Shown here: positions 11,383-23,492 of the stretch, piece by piece
Position numbering within the stretch: position 1 is the stretch's first letter
Layout of the letters: every line of letters starts with the position of its first letter
Origin: Rebecca billardiae RCC1528
Taxonomy: Eukaryota > Protista > Haptophyta
Length of the DNA: 64,000 nucleotides
Direction of reading: 5' to 3'
Assembly (NCBI GenBank): GCA_965240325.2
Contig: OZ251224.1
Location: 3,720,001 to 3,784,000 of the forward strand
Program-made: the position numbers and the translations under genes
Notes under the pieces: model-generated
Databases searched by the model: none
What the model was told of the DNA's origin: nothing
The model's input: the letters and a program-made list of their open reading frames with translations, nothing else

Positions 11383-13988
11383 ATGGCGCGCTCTGACGCG
11401 CTGCCCCCCGGCGACGACGACGAGGATGAGGAGGGTGACGACGACTGGGTGCCCCGTGGGGAGGAGGACGACGAGGATGAGGATGACGCTGACGAGGGCG
11501 ACGACGGTGACGACGACGACGAGGGCGATGACGGCGACGACGACGAGGATGAGGACGAGGACGCAGACAACGCGGAGGTCGAGGAGGAGGACGACCAAAG
11601 CGAGCGCAGGCCCGCGAGCGGGCCTGCGCAGCATGGCGCCGATAACGCCCCGCGCTCCTCACGCGTGCGCGAACGAGCTGCGCCCGTGACGCCCACCGCG
11701 CCAGGCCGCACGCCCCTGCGCGCGCGCACGCCAGAGCGCTCGGCGCGGCAGGAGTCGTCGCCTGGCGCGATCCCGCCCGGTTCGGATGAGCACATTGGCC
11801 GGCGCACCCGCGCGCATTTCTCGCTCGCGGACAAGCAGATCGCCGAGCTTGAGGCGCTGCTGACCACATCGCCCACCACGTCGCCGCCGCGCTCGCCGTA
11901 CACCGACTTCTTGCGCAGCCTGCACACGATGATGGATGAGGCGGAGGCGGCGCACGCGCCGGCCGGCGCGCAGCTGGACGAGGAGGACGAGGAGGAGGAG
12001 GACGACGACTACGACTACTTGCTCGACCGCGCGGCGAATGGGGACGAGGACGAGGCGGAGGAGGAGTTCGCCGAGCTCGTCGTCGACGAGGACGAGCTCG
12101 TGGCTCTCGTCGAGCCTCCACGCACGGCGCGCGGGCGCAAGCGCAAGGCGGCAGCCGACGAGGCCACCGCACAGGGGCCGCCCGCGGACCCTCCCGCGGC
12201 CCCGGCACAGGCGAGCGTGGATGGCGGAGCGCCGGCGGACACGGCCGTGGCGACGCCCGTGCGGCTGCACGCGCCCCCGCTGCGCCGCACGTCGCCGCGC
12301 CACGTGCCCTCAGGGGCCGTGTGCGCGCAGCCGCCGCCCTCGCAGCCACCGCAGACCGCGGTCACAGCACTTGTGCACACGGCCAGCGCGCGCGCGCCGA
12401 TCGAGCCGCTCGCGCCAGCGAGCGCGCTGGTGGGGTCGGATGCGGGCCCCGTGCCCGCGCGCGGCTGGACCCCCGAGCAGCTGCGCCAGCTGCAGGCCCA
12501 GCTGCACCAGCACCTGCAGGTGCTCGTCCACCTCGTGCTGCACTCGCGCGGGCTGCTGCCAGACAAGGCGCGGCCACAGCTCGCACTCACCGGCCAGCCG
12601 ATCGAGGCGGCGGCGGTGGACATCCTGCAGCTCGGGCGCAACATGCTGCTCGAGCTGCGCGCGCACGCGGAGTGCACGCTCGCCTACAAGCGCCTCCGCG
12701 CACGGCCGTGCTTCGCGACGCCCCTCGTCGCGCCGCCCGGCGAGCGGCTGCTGCTCCCTCGGCGCGCCGGCGCGCCGCCAGACGCGAGCGGCGCGCGCCG
12801 AGGTGCCCGGGGGCCGGCCGCGGCGCCCGCACACGCGCGCGCGCCCCGCACCGCGACGCAGCCCTGGACGGTGTTCGATGTGCCCGGGCTGGAGCACGTA
12901 CAGCGCGTCGTGGGCATGATCGGCCCGATCCCGCCGCCCTCCGCCGGCGTCGATGCCGCCACCATCACGGACAGCCTGCGCGGCCGCCCATTCTGCCATG
13001 CCACGGCGCGGCGCCTGTTCAGCGTGCGCGCCGCACCGGCGCGCCCGCCGCGCGCCCACGTGCGTCCGCCGCGCGGCGCCCTGCGCGCACGAAGCCGAGC
13101 TCGCGTGCCCCCACCCCGCGCGCGCGCGCCCGCCCGCGCCGCGCGCGCACGCTGCAGGCATGCTTCGATCCGCCGTTCGTGCTCCCGCCCACCACTGTGG
13201 ACGGGCGGCAGCCGGCGAGAATCTTCTCGGCGGGCGAGGAGAAGCTTCTCGCGATCGGGCTGCGCCGCTACGGCGCGGGCGCCTTCGAGGAGATCCAGCG
13301 GTACCTGCTGCCGAGCAAGTCGGTGTACCAGCTCAAGGAGCGCGTGCGCCGGGCGACGGGGCCAGGGGCCGACCCGATCTACGAGTGGAAGGCCGAGCGC
13401 GCCGGCGCGCGCTTTGGCGCGCACGAGCGCGCTGTGATCCGCCACGCCGTGCGCGAGCGCGGCGCGGGCGCGGGCACCTGGGAGCACATCTCGATGTGGG
13501 AGCTCAAGGCCTTCTCGGCGCGCGCGATCGAGGACGTGTACACGCTGGTGCTCCAGCACGAGCCGCCGGCGCCGCCGTCCGTCGCGCCCGCAGCGCGGCC
13601 GGCGCCGCCGCCAGCACAGCACCGCCGCGCCGCGGCACCGCCGCCTGGCGGCGCTGCGGCGCGCGGCGCGGTGCCAGTTGGCATGCCGTTCCAGCGCGAG
13701 ACGCTCGCGGAGGAGTCGGACGGCGAGGTCGACGCGCCCGAGGGCGAGCCGCGTCACGCTCCCGCGAATGGGCCTCCAGCCCGCCAGCCGCGTCGCCCAC
13801 CAGGGTACACAGCCGTCGCGGGGCTCGTGCCATCAAGCGCGCCCGGACTCGGAAGTGGGCTGCCCGCTGCTGGCCGCGCGCTCGTAACGGCGGGCACGGG
13901 CTCCGAGGCGGACCGGCTGGCGGCGGACGACGTTGACGACAATGCGGCAGGAGGTGGCGTGGAGTATCTGCAGTCGCTCATCAGCTGA
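11383..13988 (+). CDS. GON4L/YY1AP1/DUO3-like nuclear protein; intron 13024-13157
   Basis: Acidic N-terminus; IGRRTRAHFSL..ELEALL..YTDFL; WTPEQLRQLQAQLHQHLQVL; Myb/SANT-like FSAGEEKLLAIGL..IQRYLLPSKS. All resemble DUO3/GON4L conserved blocks, in the same order. Confidence 0.7.
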
Positions 13989-14392
13989 CGACGACCGTGC
14001 TGCCCGCTGCAGCGGCGGCAGCCGACTACGGAGTATTACTGGCGGTGCTCAGTGGGGCGGGGTCTGAGACTGAGTGACTCAGTCAGTGGTCCCGCACTGC
14101 TCCATGATTGAGCCTTGATTGAGGGCCTGTCAGTGTCAGCTCCATATACTACTACTGGCCAGATGACATATATTGTCATCATACACGCACAAATATATAT
14201 TATTGATGATTATGCTGGACGACAAGCCCGCGAAGCCGGACGCCCGGAGGCCGGAGGCGGAGGCTGGCGCCCGCCCGCGCCCGGCAGCAGACGGCATCCA
14301 GCCTCAAAGCCTTGGCAACGAAGCCTGGCTTTGAGTTCGTCAATGTCGGCGCCAGCCGCGCATCAGCACACTGCACCCTAGGCGGCACGTAT

Positions 14393-15918
14393 TCACGACC
14401 CCGCTGGAGCCCCATCGCTCCCGGCCATGCCCGCCGCGGCGGATCGTCCCAGCCGCGCCTCGACCCACGCCGAGATGTCGCGCACCACGCGGTGCCGCGC
14501 CTCACGTGGCTCGTTGAGGATCTCGTGCTTCAGCCCGGGGTACGTCTTGATCGTCTTGTCGCGGCTCGCGGCGCGCGCGTGGAACTCGACAGAGCCCTGC
14601 GAGCACGCCGCGCCCACGCGCGCGCGCGTGAGAGCCCGCCCGCGCGCGTGGGCGCGCGCCGCGCCGCGCAGCCCGCGGCGCGCGCTCCCGCCCCGGCGCG
14701 CGGTCGCACCTTGAGGCTGATGATGGAGTCCTCCTCGCCGTGCATGATGAGGAAGGGGAAGGTGATCGTCTCGACAGTCGCCTGGATGGCCTCAAGCGCC
14801 TTGAGCGTCTCGAAGCCCCAGCGCACCTGCACGCCGCCGTGGTAGATGAGCGGGTCTGCGCGCGTCCAGAACGGGCGGGGGGGGGGGGGGGGGGGGGGGG
14901 GGGTCGCGGAGGCGTCACGCGCGCACGGTGGCGGGCGGCAACGGCCGTGCGGGCGGCGAGCTCAGCTCGGCAGCTGCGCGCGCCGCGTGCGCCAGCGCGC
15001 ACGCGACCCGGGACAAGCGCGCACGGCAGCCACGGCGCGTGCCGCGCGATGCAGGCGCGCACCCGTGCGGTACAGGTTGTGCACCTGCACGTTCGTCGAG
15101 ATCCCCGACGCCGGCAGCGGCGCCAGCTGGAACTTGGGCAGCAGGTTGGCCAGCGCCTTGCCCACCGCCACCTTGACCGGCGTGCGCACGCCGGGGTCGG
15201 GCACGATGGCAGGCGCGGAGAGGAGGACGCCCGACCAGCTGATGGGCGGGCTGCTCGGGCCCGCCCAGCCCTCGGAGGCGAACGCCGTCGACGCCGTCGT
15301 CGCGTTCGCCGTCAGGATCGAGATTGCGCCGCCGAGCGAGTGCCCGAATAAGAAGCGAGGCAGACGCTCGTACCCAGGGTTGCGCTCCAGAACGGCCGAG
15401 ACGAAGCTCGCGAGGTCGATCACGTAATGGCGGAAGCGCTCGACGTAGCAGCGGTCTCCTTCGCTCGCGCCGTGACCCTGCTGGTCGAGCGAGTACACCG
15501 CGAGCCCGAGCCTCGTCATGCTCGCCGCGAGGAACTCGTACCGGCCCGAGTGCTCGCCCATGCCGGGGACAACGAAGAGAACACCGCGCAGCGGCGCAGT
15601 TGGCAGCCACTCGCGCGTGAAAAGCCACAGGCCGGTGCTCGGCGACGGGAAGTACTGGGGGAACAGCTCTGGGTCGGGCGCCTCGCGCTGGCCGAGGATC
15701 GCCTGCACGTCGGCCGGCAGCCGATGTTTCGCGCTCCACGGCCGGCTGCGCATAAACGTGGCGAGCTGCAGCGCCACGTACGCTAGGGCGAGCTTCTGCA
15801 GCACGTCGAAGGCGGACACGTTCCCAAGCGCGCTGAGCAGCGACTTGAGCAGGTCGAGGAGCTGCGGCCCGATGCCTGACCCCACCGGGCGCCGCGGCCG
15901 CGTTGCGGGCGGCGGCAT
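14393..15918 (-). CDS. Monoacylglycerol lipase / lysophospholipase (alpha/beta hydrolase); introns 14856-15062, 14597-14709; start may be 15994
   Basis: GMGEHSGRY, DQQGHGASEG, nucleophile GHSLGG, HGEED (Asp), KHEILNE (His). Confidence 0.9.
14877..14903 (+). repeat. Poly-G tract (~27 nt) inside lipase intron
   Basis: Homopolymer seen directly. Confidence 0.95.
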
Positions 15919-15992
15919 CCTTTTCCGAGATGAGGCCGGCGAGGCGGCGAGCCGGTGCAGTGCCGTGCAGCCGTGCTCCGATCATATCCAGC

Positions 15993-16718
15993 ATGGCGGC
16001 GGCTCTCGTCGCGCTCGGCGCATGTGGCCTGATCTCGCCAGCTGCGCCGTGGGTGAGCCGGCGAGGCGTCGCGCCTCGTGCGTGCGTCCGCAGTCTGGCA
16101 CAGGTCGCCATACACTGCGTGGGCAAGCGACGCACGGCGAGCAGCTCGGAGGGCTGGGTCGAGCAAGGCGTTGACTCGTACGCCGTGCGGCTGCGGCAGA
16201 GCATCGCACTCAACACGGTGTGGCACAAGGGCGACGCCGAGCTGCTCGCAGCCGTTGAGCGCGAACGCGGCCGTCGTGCAGCGATTGTCTGTCTCGACGA
16301 GAGGGGGCCGACGCTCACGTCCGTCCAGTTCTCGGACTTGCTGTGGCGCTTGCTCGAGGAGGGTGGAAGCAGGTTGTCATTCGTCATTGGCGGCGCGGAG
16401 GGCCTGCCCGCTGAGCTCCGGCCGCGCTCGGCAGGCAGAGGGCTGGAGTACCTCTCACTGGGCCGGATCACGCTCACGCACCAGATGGCGCGACTGATTC
16501 TTGTTGAGCAAGTGTACAGAGGTAGGCCTCGCGCAGCGCCCAGCCATCTTGTGATGGTCGGACTGCCCGGCGCCTGGCGCGCCCTAGCGCGCGACCATGG
16601 TGCCCGGACCATCGTCCATTCATACTGCGTTCGACCCTGCCCGGCGCCGCCCGTTTGCTGCGCCACTTGCGCCACGCCAGCCACGCAGATACGCTCGGGC
16701 ACGCAGTACCACAAATAA
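15993..16718 (+). CDS. rlmH: 23S rRNA pseudouridine-1915 N3-methyltransferase RlmH (SPOUT), probably plastid-targeted; intron 16522-16680
   Basis: LDERG..SVQFS, FVIGGAEG, LSLGRITLTHQMARLILVEQVYR|ATQIRSGTQYHK; signal plus transit-like N-terminus. Confidence 0.92.
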   Translation: MAAALVALGACGLISPAAPWVSRRGVAPRACVRSLAQVAIHCVGKRRTASSSEGWVEQGVDSYAVRLRQSIALNTVWHKGDAELLAAVERERGRRAAIVCLDERGPTLTSVQFSDLLWRLLEEGGSRLSFVIGGAEGLPAELRPRSAGRGLEYLSLGRITLTHQMARLILVEQVYRGRPRAAPSHLVMVGLPGAWRALARDHGARTIVHSYCVRPCPAPPVCCATCATPATQIRSGTQYHK

Positions 16719-17285
16719 ACACCCCGCCGGCCCGCCGCGCTCGGCGCTCCGCGCCGTCCGCGCGGGCCGACCGTGGGCTGGCCTTGCTTGCCCCTTGACT
16801 TTGACTTTTGAGCAGTTACAGCCGACGAACTGGCCAGCAATTCGGAATATGAGAATGTGTCAGTATAGTACTGGGCCGTACTGTCGTATGGCTATAAGCT
16901 ATATATATATATATATATATATATTAAGAGTACGGGCACTCTCTGCCGATTGCCGACTCCGAGCAGTCACTGACTCGATCCGATCGGGAGTGGCTCACTA
17001 GCAGTGAAGAGTACTAGTTATATCTGACCGCGCAGTAGACAGAGTCTCACTCTGGCGGTAGTAGAGTAGTTCCGTAGTGCCCGTGGCACGCCCGGTGCCG
17101 GTGCGGCACGGCCCGACGGACGCGGGCACGGTCCGGCGCACCGGACTGCTGTGACAGTGACTCTGAGCAGATCGATATGAGAATGTCAAACTCTAAATAG
17201 TAAATGACAATGATCATCGCATATGATCAGATGATGCACGCGCCCTGAGAGTACCGAGTACGTGGGGCATCAGCAGCTGCATCGC

Positions 17286-18102
17286 TCAGTCCGACGGGCT
17301 GATCAGATCGCTCTGCACCCACTGCAGTGTCACCGTCCCATCGGCAGCCTTGGTCTGGGTGTAGTACCCCTTGGCCACCAGACCGCCACCAAAGCTGAAC
17401 TCACCGTCTGACGACGGCAGCTGGTTCTCAAATCGGCCGGTGTACTTCAGGCCCGCCTTGTCGGTCCACGTGCCGGTGACGAACAGCCCGCCTTCCCACG
17501 TTCCCTCCACCTCGCCACCCGTCTCCGCGAAGTAGTACGTGCCCGAACCGTGCTTGGACCCATCTGCGCGCACGCACACACGCGCACACGCGCGCAGGAG
17601 TGCGGGCGCGGGGTCACGAGATGCCGGTGTGCGGCACGCGTGCGCGGGGCGATCGCGCGGCACAGCCCGGGACGAGGCGAGGCTCAGCGTGCGCACCTTG
17701 CCACTCGCCCGTGTAGATGTCCTTGTTCGCGTAGTACATCGTGCCCTGCCCCGAGCGCTTGCCACCTGCCCAGTGGCCGTGGTACCGCACGCCTTTCCCG
17801 TACTGCATCTCGCCGAGGCCGTGGCGGAGGCCGGCGCGGAAGCCGCCCGTGTACCTCCAGCCCTTCTCAGCGTATACGTACGTGCCCTGCCCCTCGCGCT
17901 TTCCACCGACGTACTCTCCTGTGTACGTGTCTCCATTCGGGTACGTGGCCTTGCCCTCGCCCTCGCGTGCGCCGAGCAATGTGAATTGCTTTGTGCGCAC
18001 CTTCTCTTCCTCGGTGGTCACGGTCAGGGTCACCTCCTCGCCTGCCGCGCGAGGGCCCTCGTACTGGTACAGGATCTCCTCCTCGTCCTCGTCGTCGGCC
18101 AT
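17286..18102 (-). CDS. MORN-repeat protein, radial spoke head 1/10-like; intron 17564-17696
   Basis: Multiple YxGxWxxGxRxGxG repeats (GEGKATYPNGDTYTGEY..), acidic N-terminus. Confidence 0.85.
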
Positions 18103-18293
18103 GATGCCCCGCCTTGGCGCTAGCCGGGCAAGACACGGGCGGGATGCCTCGACCGCCCTGCTGACGCGCAGCAGTGGTTCGAAACCGACGCACACCCAGG
18201 CCTGAGCTTGGGCGTGAGCACGGCGCGCACGAACGCACGGCAGCCATCGTGGAGATCGGACGCCGGCGCACAAGTGAGGCGAGTACGTGACTG

Positions 18294-20637
18294 ATGAGCG
18301 CGCGGGACGCCCGTGACTACGACGCCGGGCGGCGCGCGCGCTCGCCCGATCGGCGGTACCATCCGCGCTCCCGCTCCCGCAGCCGCAGCCACAGCCGCAG
18401 CCCGCACGACGCACGGCGCCGAGGTCGCGATCACAGAGATGCTCGGCACGCGCGCGGCCGCAGCCGGAGCCATAGCCGGAGCCGGAGCCGCAGCCGCAGC
18501 CGGAGCCCCGGCCGCGGGCGTGGGCGTGAGAGCGACCGTGACTATCGGCGTGGGATGTACGGCCGGCACGAGCGCGCATCGCCGCCTGCCGGGCCAGGCG
18601 TGCCGCCACCGGCCGCGCCTGCGCCGCCAGGCATGCCGCAGCCGCCAGCACCGCACCCACATCCAGCCACCGTGCACGCGCATGACTCGGCACCCTCCGC
18701 TGCCGCGCCGCCTGCCGATCCGAAGGCGGAGCGCGCCGCCAAGTTGGCGGCGTTTCGCGAGCGGATGCGGCAGCAGCAGCAGCCGCAGCCGCAGCCGCAG
18801 CCGCCGCAGCCGGAAGCTGGCGCAGCGGCCGCCACGACGGCCGCGGCAGCCGTCTCGGGCGATGCGGCAGCGGCGGCCGCTGGTGCCGGCAGCGCAGTCC
18901 GCGGGGGGCTCGGCGGTGGCACGAGCGCCCCCCAAGCGGGTGCATGCGCTGGCGTCTCGGCGGCACCGACCGCCGCGCGTGCACTTAGCCAGCCCGCTGC
19001 CGCTGCCGCCACGGCGGCTCTGCCTGTGCTCAGCGTGCACGCGCGCGCGCATGCCGGCGGTGCCGGGGCGACGACACGCGCGCCCCCGAGCGCGAGCTGC
19101 GAGACTGCGGCGGGGAGCTGCCGGCCGTCCGGCTCAGCAAGCGTTCGCGGAGGCGATGGCGCGGCCGGCCCGAACGGCGCGCGCAATGGCGACGCCGGGA
19201 GCGACGCTGGCATCACTGCGGCGGCCGCGGCGGGCGCCGCGAGCGCGGCTGCGCCGGAGGACGGCGCCAATGTCGAGGACGACGACCCTCTCGACGCGTA
19301 CATGCGCACCTCCGGGCTGCTGGCGCAGGCGCAGGCCGACGTGGAGGCGTCCGCGCAGCGCGAGGCGGCCGAGCTCGCGGGCAAGCCCGTCGCGGACATC
19401 AGCCGCGCGGACGCGCTCGACCCGGACTTCAACCCGTTACTGCACTGTTACATCTGCAAGCAGCGCGGGCACACCAAGAAGGACTGCCCGGTGCGCCGCT
19501 GCCGGCACTGCGGGGAGCCGGGGCACCAGCGTGCGGACTGCCCGGCGTTCCAGGAGCAGCTCGAGTCCGAGGCCACGGCGGAGAAGGCCAAGAAGCGGCA
19601 GGCGTTCTACGCGAAGAAGAAGGAGCGCAGGAAGGAGGAGTGGGCGGAGCACCTCAGGGCACAGACCGGTGCGCGCACCGCGCACCGCGCACGGCGCGTC
19701 TCTGCCGGGCGGGACGCCGAGGCGTTGCCCCTCCGACGCACGCACGCACACACGCGCACACACACACCGCGCACGCTCACCGGCCCCGTGCGACGCCGCC
19801 GCGCCCGCCGCGCCCGCCGCCGCCGCCCGTGCGACGCTCCCCGCCCGGCCGATGGCTCCCCGGCCGCTCGGTGTGTGCGTGTGTGTGCGTGTGTGCGTGT
19901 GTGCGTGTGTGCGTGTGTGCGTGTGTGTGCGTGTGTGCGTGTGTGCGTGTGCGCGTGTGCGCGTGTGCGCGTGTGCGCGTGTGTGCGTGTGTGCGTGCGT
20001 GCGTGCGTGCGTGTGTGCGTGCGTGCGTGTGTGCGTGCGTGCGTGCGTGCGTGTGTGCGTGTGTGCGTGTGTGCGTGTGTGCGTGTGTGCGTGTGCGTGC
20101 GTGTGTGCGTGCGTGCGTGTGTGTGGCAGGCATCGAGGGGTTCGAGGTGCTGTACCGCATCCTCGGCCTGCCCGAGCGCCGCCTGGCGACGAAGGCGCAG
20201 ATCACGAAGGCGTACCATAAGCTGTCGCTCAAGTACCACCCGGACAAGACGGCCTCTCTGGGCGAGGAGGAGCGCGAGGCGGTGCGTGCGCGGCGCGTCC
20301 GTCCGCGCGCACGCGCACCGGGCGCCGCGAGCGCCGTGCGCATGCGGGTGCGCGCCGACGCACCTGCCGCCTCCTGCCCGGTGACACGTCCCGTTTGCAC
20401 GCGCCCGCCCCTGCCGCCGCCCCACAGGCGTCGGAGAAGTTCCTCGCGGTCAAGACGGCGTACGACTTGCTCTGCGAGGGCATGGAGAACGGCGGCAAGG
20501 GCTTTGGCGGGGCGGTCTTCTCGGCGGGCGACATCGAGGCGCGCTTCAGCTCCGCGACGGGGGTCGGGCTGAGCGAGCACGCGGAGCGCGCTGCGGCTAG
20601 CTTCGTCGCGCCGGCCCCACCGCAGCCTCCGTCTTAG
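18294..20637 (+). CDS. RS-rich, two CCHC zinc knuckles, C-terminal DnaJ domain protein; introns 19669-20129, 20282-20427
   Basis: RS dipeptides; DDDPLDAYM; CYICKQRGHTKKDC and CRHCGEPGHQRADC; LYRILGL..ITKAYHKLSLKYHPDK..EKFLAVKTAYDLL. Confidence 0.85.
19871..20125. repeat. Compound (GT/GC)n alternating purine-pyrimidine microsatellite in intron
   Basis: gtgtgcgtgtgtgc... for ~255 bp. Confidence 0.95.
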
Positions 20638-20908
20638 CACCGTTTCAAGCTGTACGTAGATTACATGCAGACAGGGATGACGAGTGATGGCCAATGGCCA
20701 GGCCAGTCCGCCAGCTGTCGCGATCGTCGTTTGCCGATGGTTCGTCGCGCGTACTTAGTTATCGTCGCCTCATGCGACTGAGGACGACGATTCCAGAAAA
20801 ACAAAAAAAAGCTAGAGCTTGGCTAGAGCCTCTTGGTGGCGACCGGCCGTCGTCGTGGCGGGCGTGGCGCGCCCTTCATTTATCGGTGGGCCCCGCAACC
20901 TTCCGGCG

Positions 20909-22061
20909 ATGGCGTCGACGGCTTCCATCGCCGAGCTGAGGGACCTCACCGACTACCTCCTGAAGCACTGGCGCAACGAGCTGGACTCACGCGTTGCTAG
21001 CTTCGAAGGCTTTGGAGGCGCGCTTCGACAGGACCTCGCTGAGAGCATCGCGTGGCACGAGGAGCACATCGGGAGGGGTGCGTGCGCAGCGCACCTGCGC
21101 GTGCGGGCGCCACCGCGCGGAGGCACTCACCCGCCGAAAATCCGCCGCCCCGCCCCTCGCAGAGCGCGAGCGCACGCTGCGCGAGCTCGAGGAGCACGTG
21201 GAGCAAGGCCGCGCACAGCGTGAGCGTGCGACGCAGCTCGCATCTGCGCTCGGCGAGGAGCTGGCCGCCACGCGCGCGCAGCTCGATCGCGCACTGGATG
21301 AGTTGAGACCAGCGGTGGGCTCAGCGGCAGCGCAGGTGGTCGGCCTCGACCAGCGCCTCGCCGAGGCGCGCGCCGACGCGGAGCACGCAGCGCGGCGCAT
21401 CGAGCTCGCGCTCGGCGACGCCCGGCGCGCGCTCGAGCGGCTCCAGGGCGATACTCAGCGCTTACTCACGCGGGTAGCCATCTATGAGCAGCGGCAGAAG
21501 GTGCTGGAGACGCAGGTGCGCGCGGTGGTGCGCGCGGTGGTGCGCGAGGTCGCCGCGGCGGAGATCGACGCCGCCCGGGCCGAGGCGCTGGAGGCGGTGC
21601 GCGCCACGGCCACCGAGCTGCGATACGAAGCGAGCGCCGCGCAGCGCACGGCCGAGGCGCGCGTCGCTGCGCTCGACAAGTCGCTCGGCGGGCTGCGCGC
21701 CGAGGTCCGCGCAGCGGTCGCCGCGCGGCAGGACGGGGAGGCGGCCGTGGCCGAGCTTGCGCGACGGCTCGGCGCGCTCACCGACGCGGGCCGCGATGCT
21801 GCAGCCGCCGACGGCAGCGCGGCGGGCGGCGGCGGGCGGCACGGCGCGCCACGCTGGGCGGCGCTCTCGGCGAGCGGCTCGACACTGGCCGAGCTCGAGC
21901 ACGACCTGTATGTGCATGCGCAGGCGCTGGAGCAGCTGAAGCGGCACCGCGTGAGCTGCCCCACCTGCGGCAGCTGGCACACCGTGAGCGACCTCATCCG
22001 CCTCGCCACGGTCGGCCGACCGGCCGGTGGGGCCGGGCCCAGCAGCAGGCGGGCGAGATGA
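20909..22061 (+). CDS. Coiled-coil protein of unknown function with C-terminal CPTC motif; intron 21078-21162
   Basis: Heptad-rich Ala/Glu/Arg/Leu sequence; in-frame splice; CPTCGSWH. Confidence 0.65.
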
Positions 22062-23355
22062 AGTGCTCTGCGCTCTCAGACTAGCTGTCGACATCAGCTG
22101 CCCTGAGGCACGCGCGTGACGCGCACCGCATAGCCGGGCCCTCACGCCGCGTGCTCGGAGCCAGCCTGCCAGGGCCGCAGCGGCACTCGACATTCGAATC
22201 ATCGCCATATATATATAATAATAATATAATTTGGCGCGTCGACGCCGGCCGCAGCCAGTCGTGTGAGTGTGATGGTGCCAGTCCGCCAGTGATGCTGTCG
22301 TAATACTGATAACCATCTGATGCGCACTGATTAGTAACTCGGGCAGCACGGGCTCGTCGACGACGACTGCCTGATATCGCGACGAAACCGTACGCGTGCG
22401 TAGTACTATGATACACTGCGACTAGCTTACTGCGTCTCGGGCTCGGCAACACCGATCTTACGCGCCTCTGTGGCGGCGCCGCGCTGCCGCGGCGCCGTGC
22501 CGCCGCGGGGCGTCTGCCGCCGTGCCCGCGCCATGCTGCCGGTTAGGCGTTAGCGCCATCATTGATCAGCGCGGCGCGCTCTCAACTAATGGGCTCCATC
22601 GAGCTCTCGGACAAGTCTCTAACACTGTCTGTGAAACTGAACCGCGGCGCGAGGCCACGAGAAAACTACTGTCAGCAGGTTTTAGTGAGTCCGATTCAGA
22701 AGAGACAAGAGACATCACATGCAAGAGTGAAGCCTGCAGCATGCTTGACACGCTGCCGTCACAGCAGTATCATTTTTAACAGATGACACACTGCGCAGGG
22801 CAACGACCGATTCGGAATCGCCAATATCGGACTACCGAGTTTCAATTTATCGCGGAGCGTGAGTTTTCTACGCAGTAGTTACTGTGTGTGACAGCACCTG
22901 TAGAGCGTAGCTAGGGAAAATAAACAAGCAGCGTGCTCATGATCACACGTGCTCACGCGCGGCCAGGGCAGGGACAACACTGAACACGCCGACCGGGACG
23001 GCTACGGAGTATAAGTATTCAGCCGTCCGCCTGCTCGGCCTGGATGGGAGGGCTGGGGCCGCCTCGCGGCGCGCTAGCGCCTGTCGTCCTCGCCCCACCG
23101 TCGTCCACAAAACGTCGTCAAAGATGAAGCAGCTCTCCACTGCCGGTCTGCCGCGCCGGCAGGAAATAGGAATCGTCGCGTCAATGTCACAATGACACAA
23201 TGACACAACCGACTACAGAATAACCGTCACACAACTGTCGTACATGTACACAGCATAAGTTCTTCGTGCTGACTTTCAACTTGCAGCTCATGAAGTCATG
23301 AGCCAGTCTTCGGCACCTCGTCCGCGTGGCAACTGGCCGGAGAGCGGCGCGGGCG

Positions 23356-23457
23356 ATGGCGAAGCGTGGTCGGGATGCGCCTGACGCCGTAGAGCCCACG
23401 GGCGACGGCGACGAAGAGGGCGACGACGACGACAGCGAAGACGACAGCGAAGACGAT

Positions 23458-23492
<35 letters not shown>

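Noticed and set aside
22790-22877. Tiny CACTG-type MITE (actgcgcag...ctacgcagt)
   Set aside because: Inverted match too short and imperfect; no TSD.
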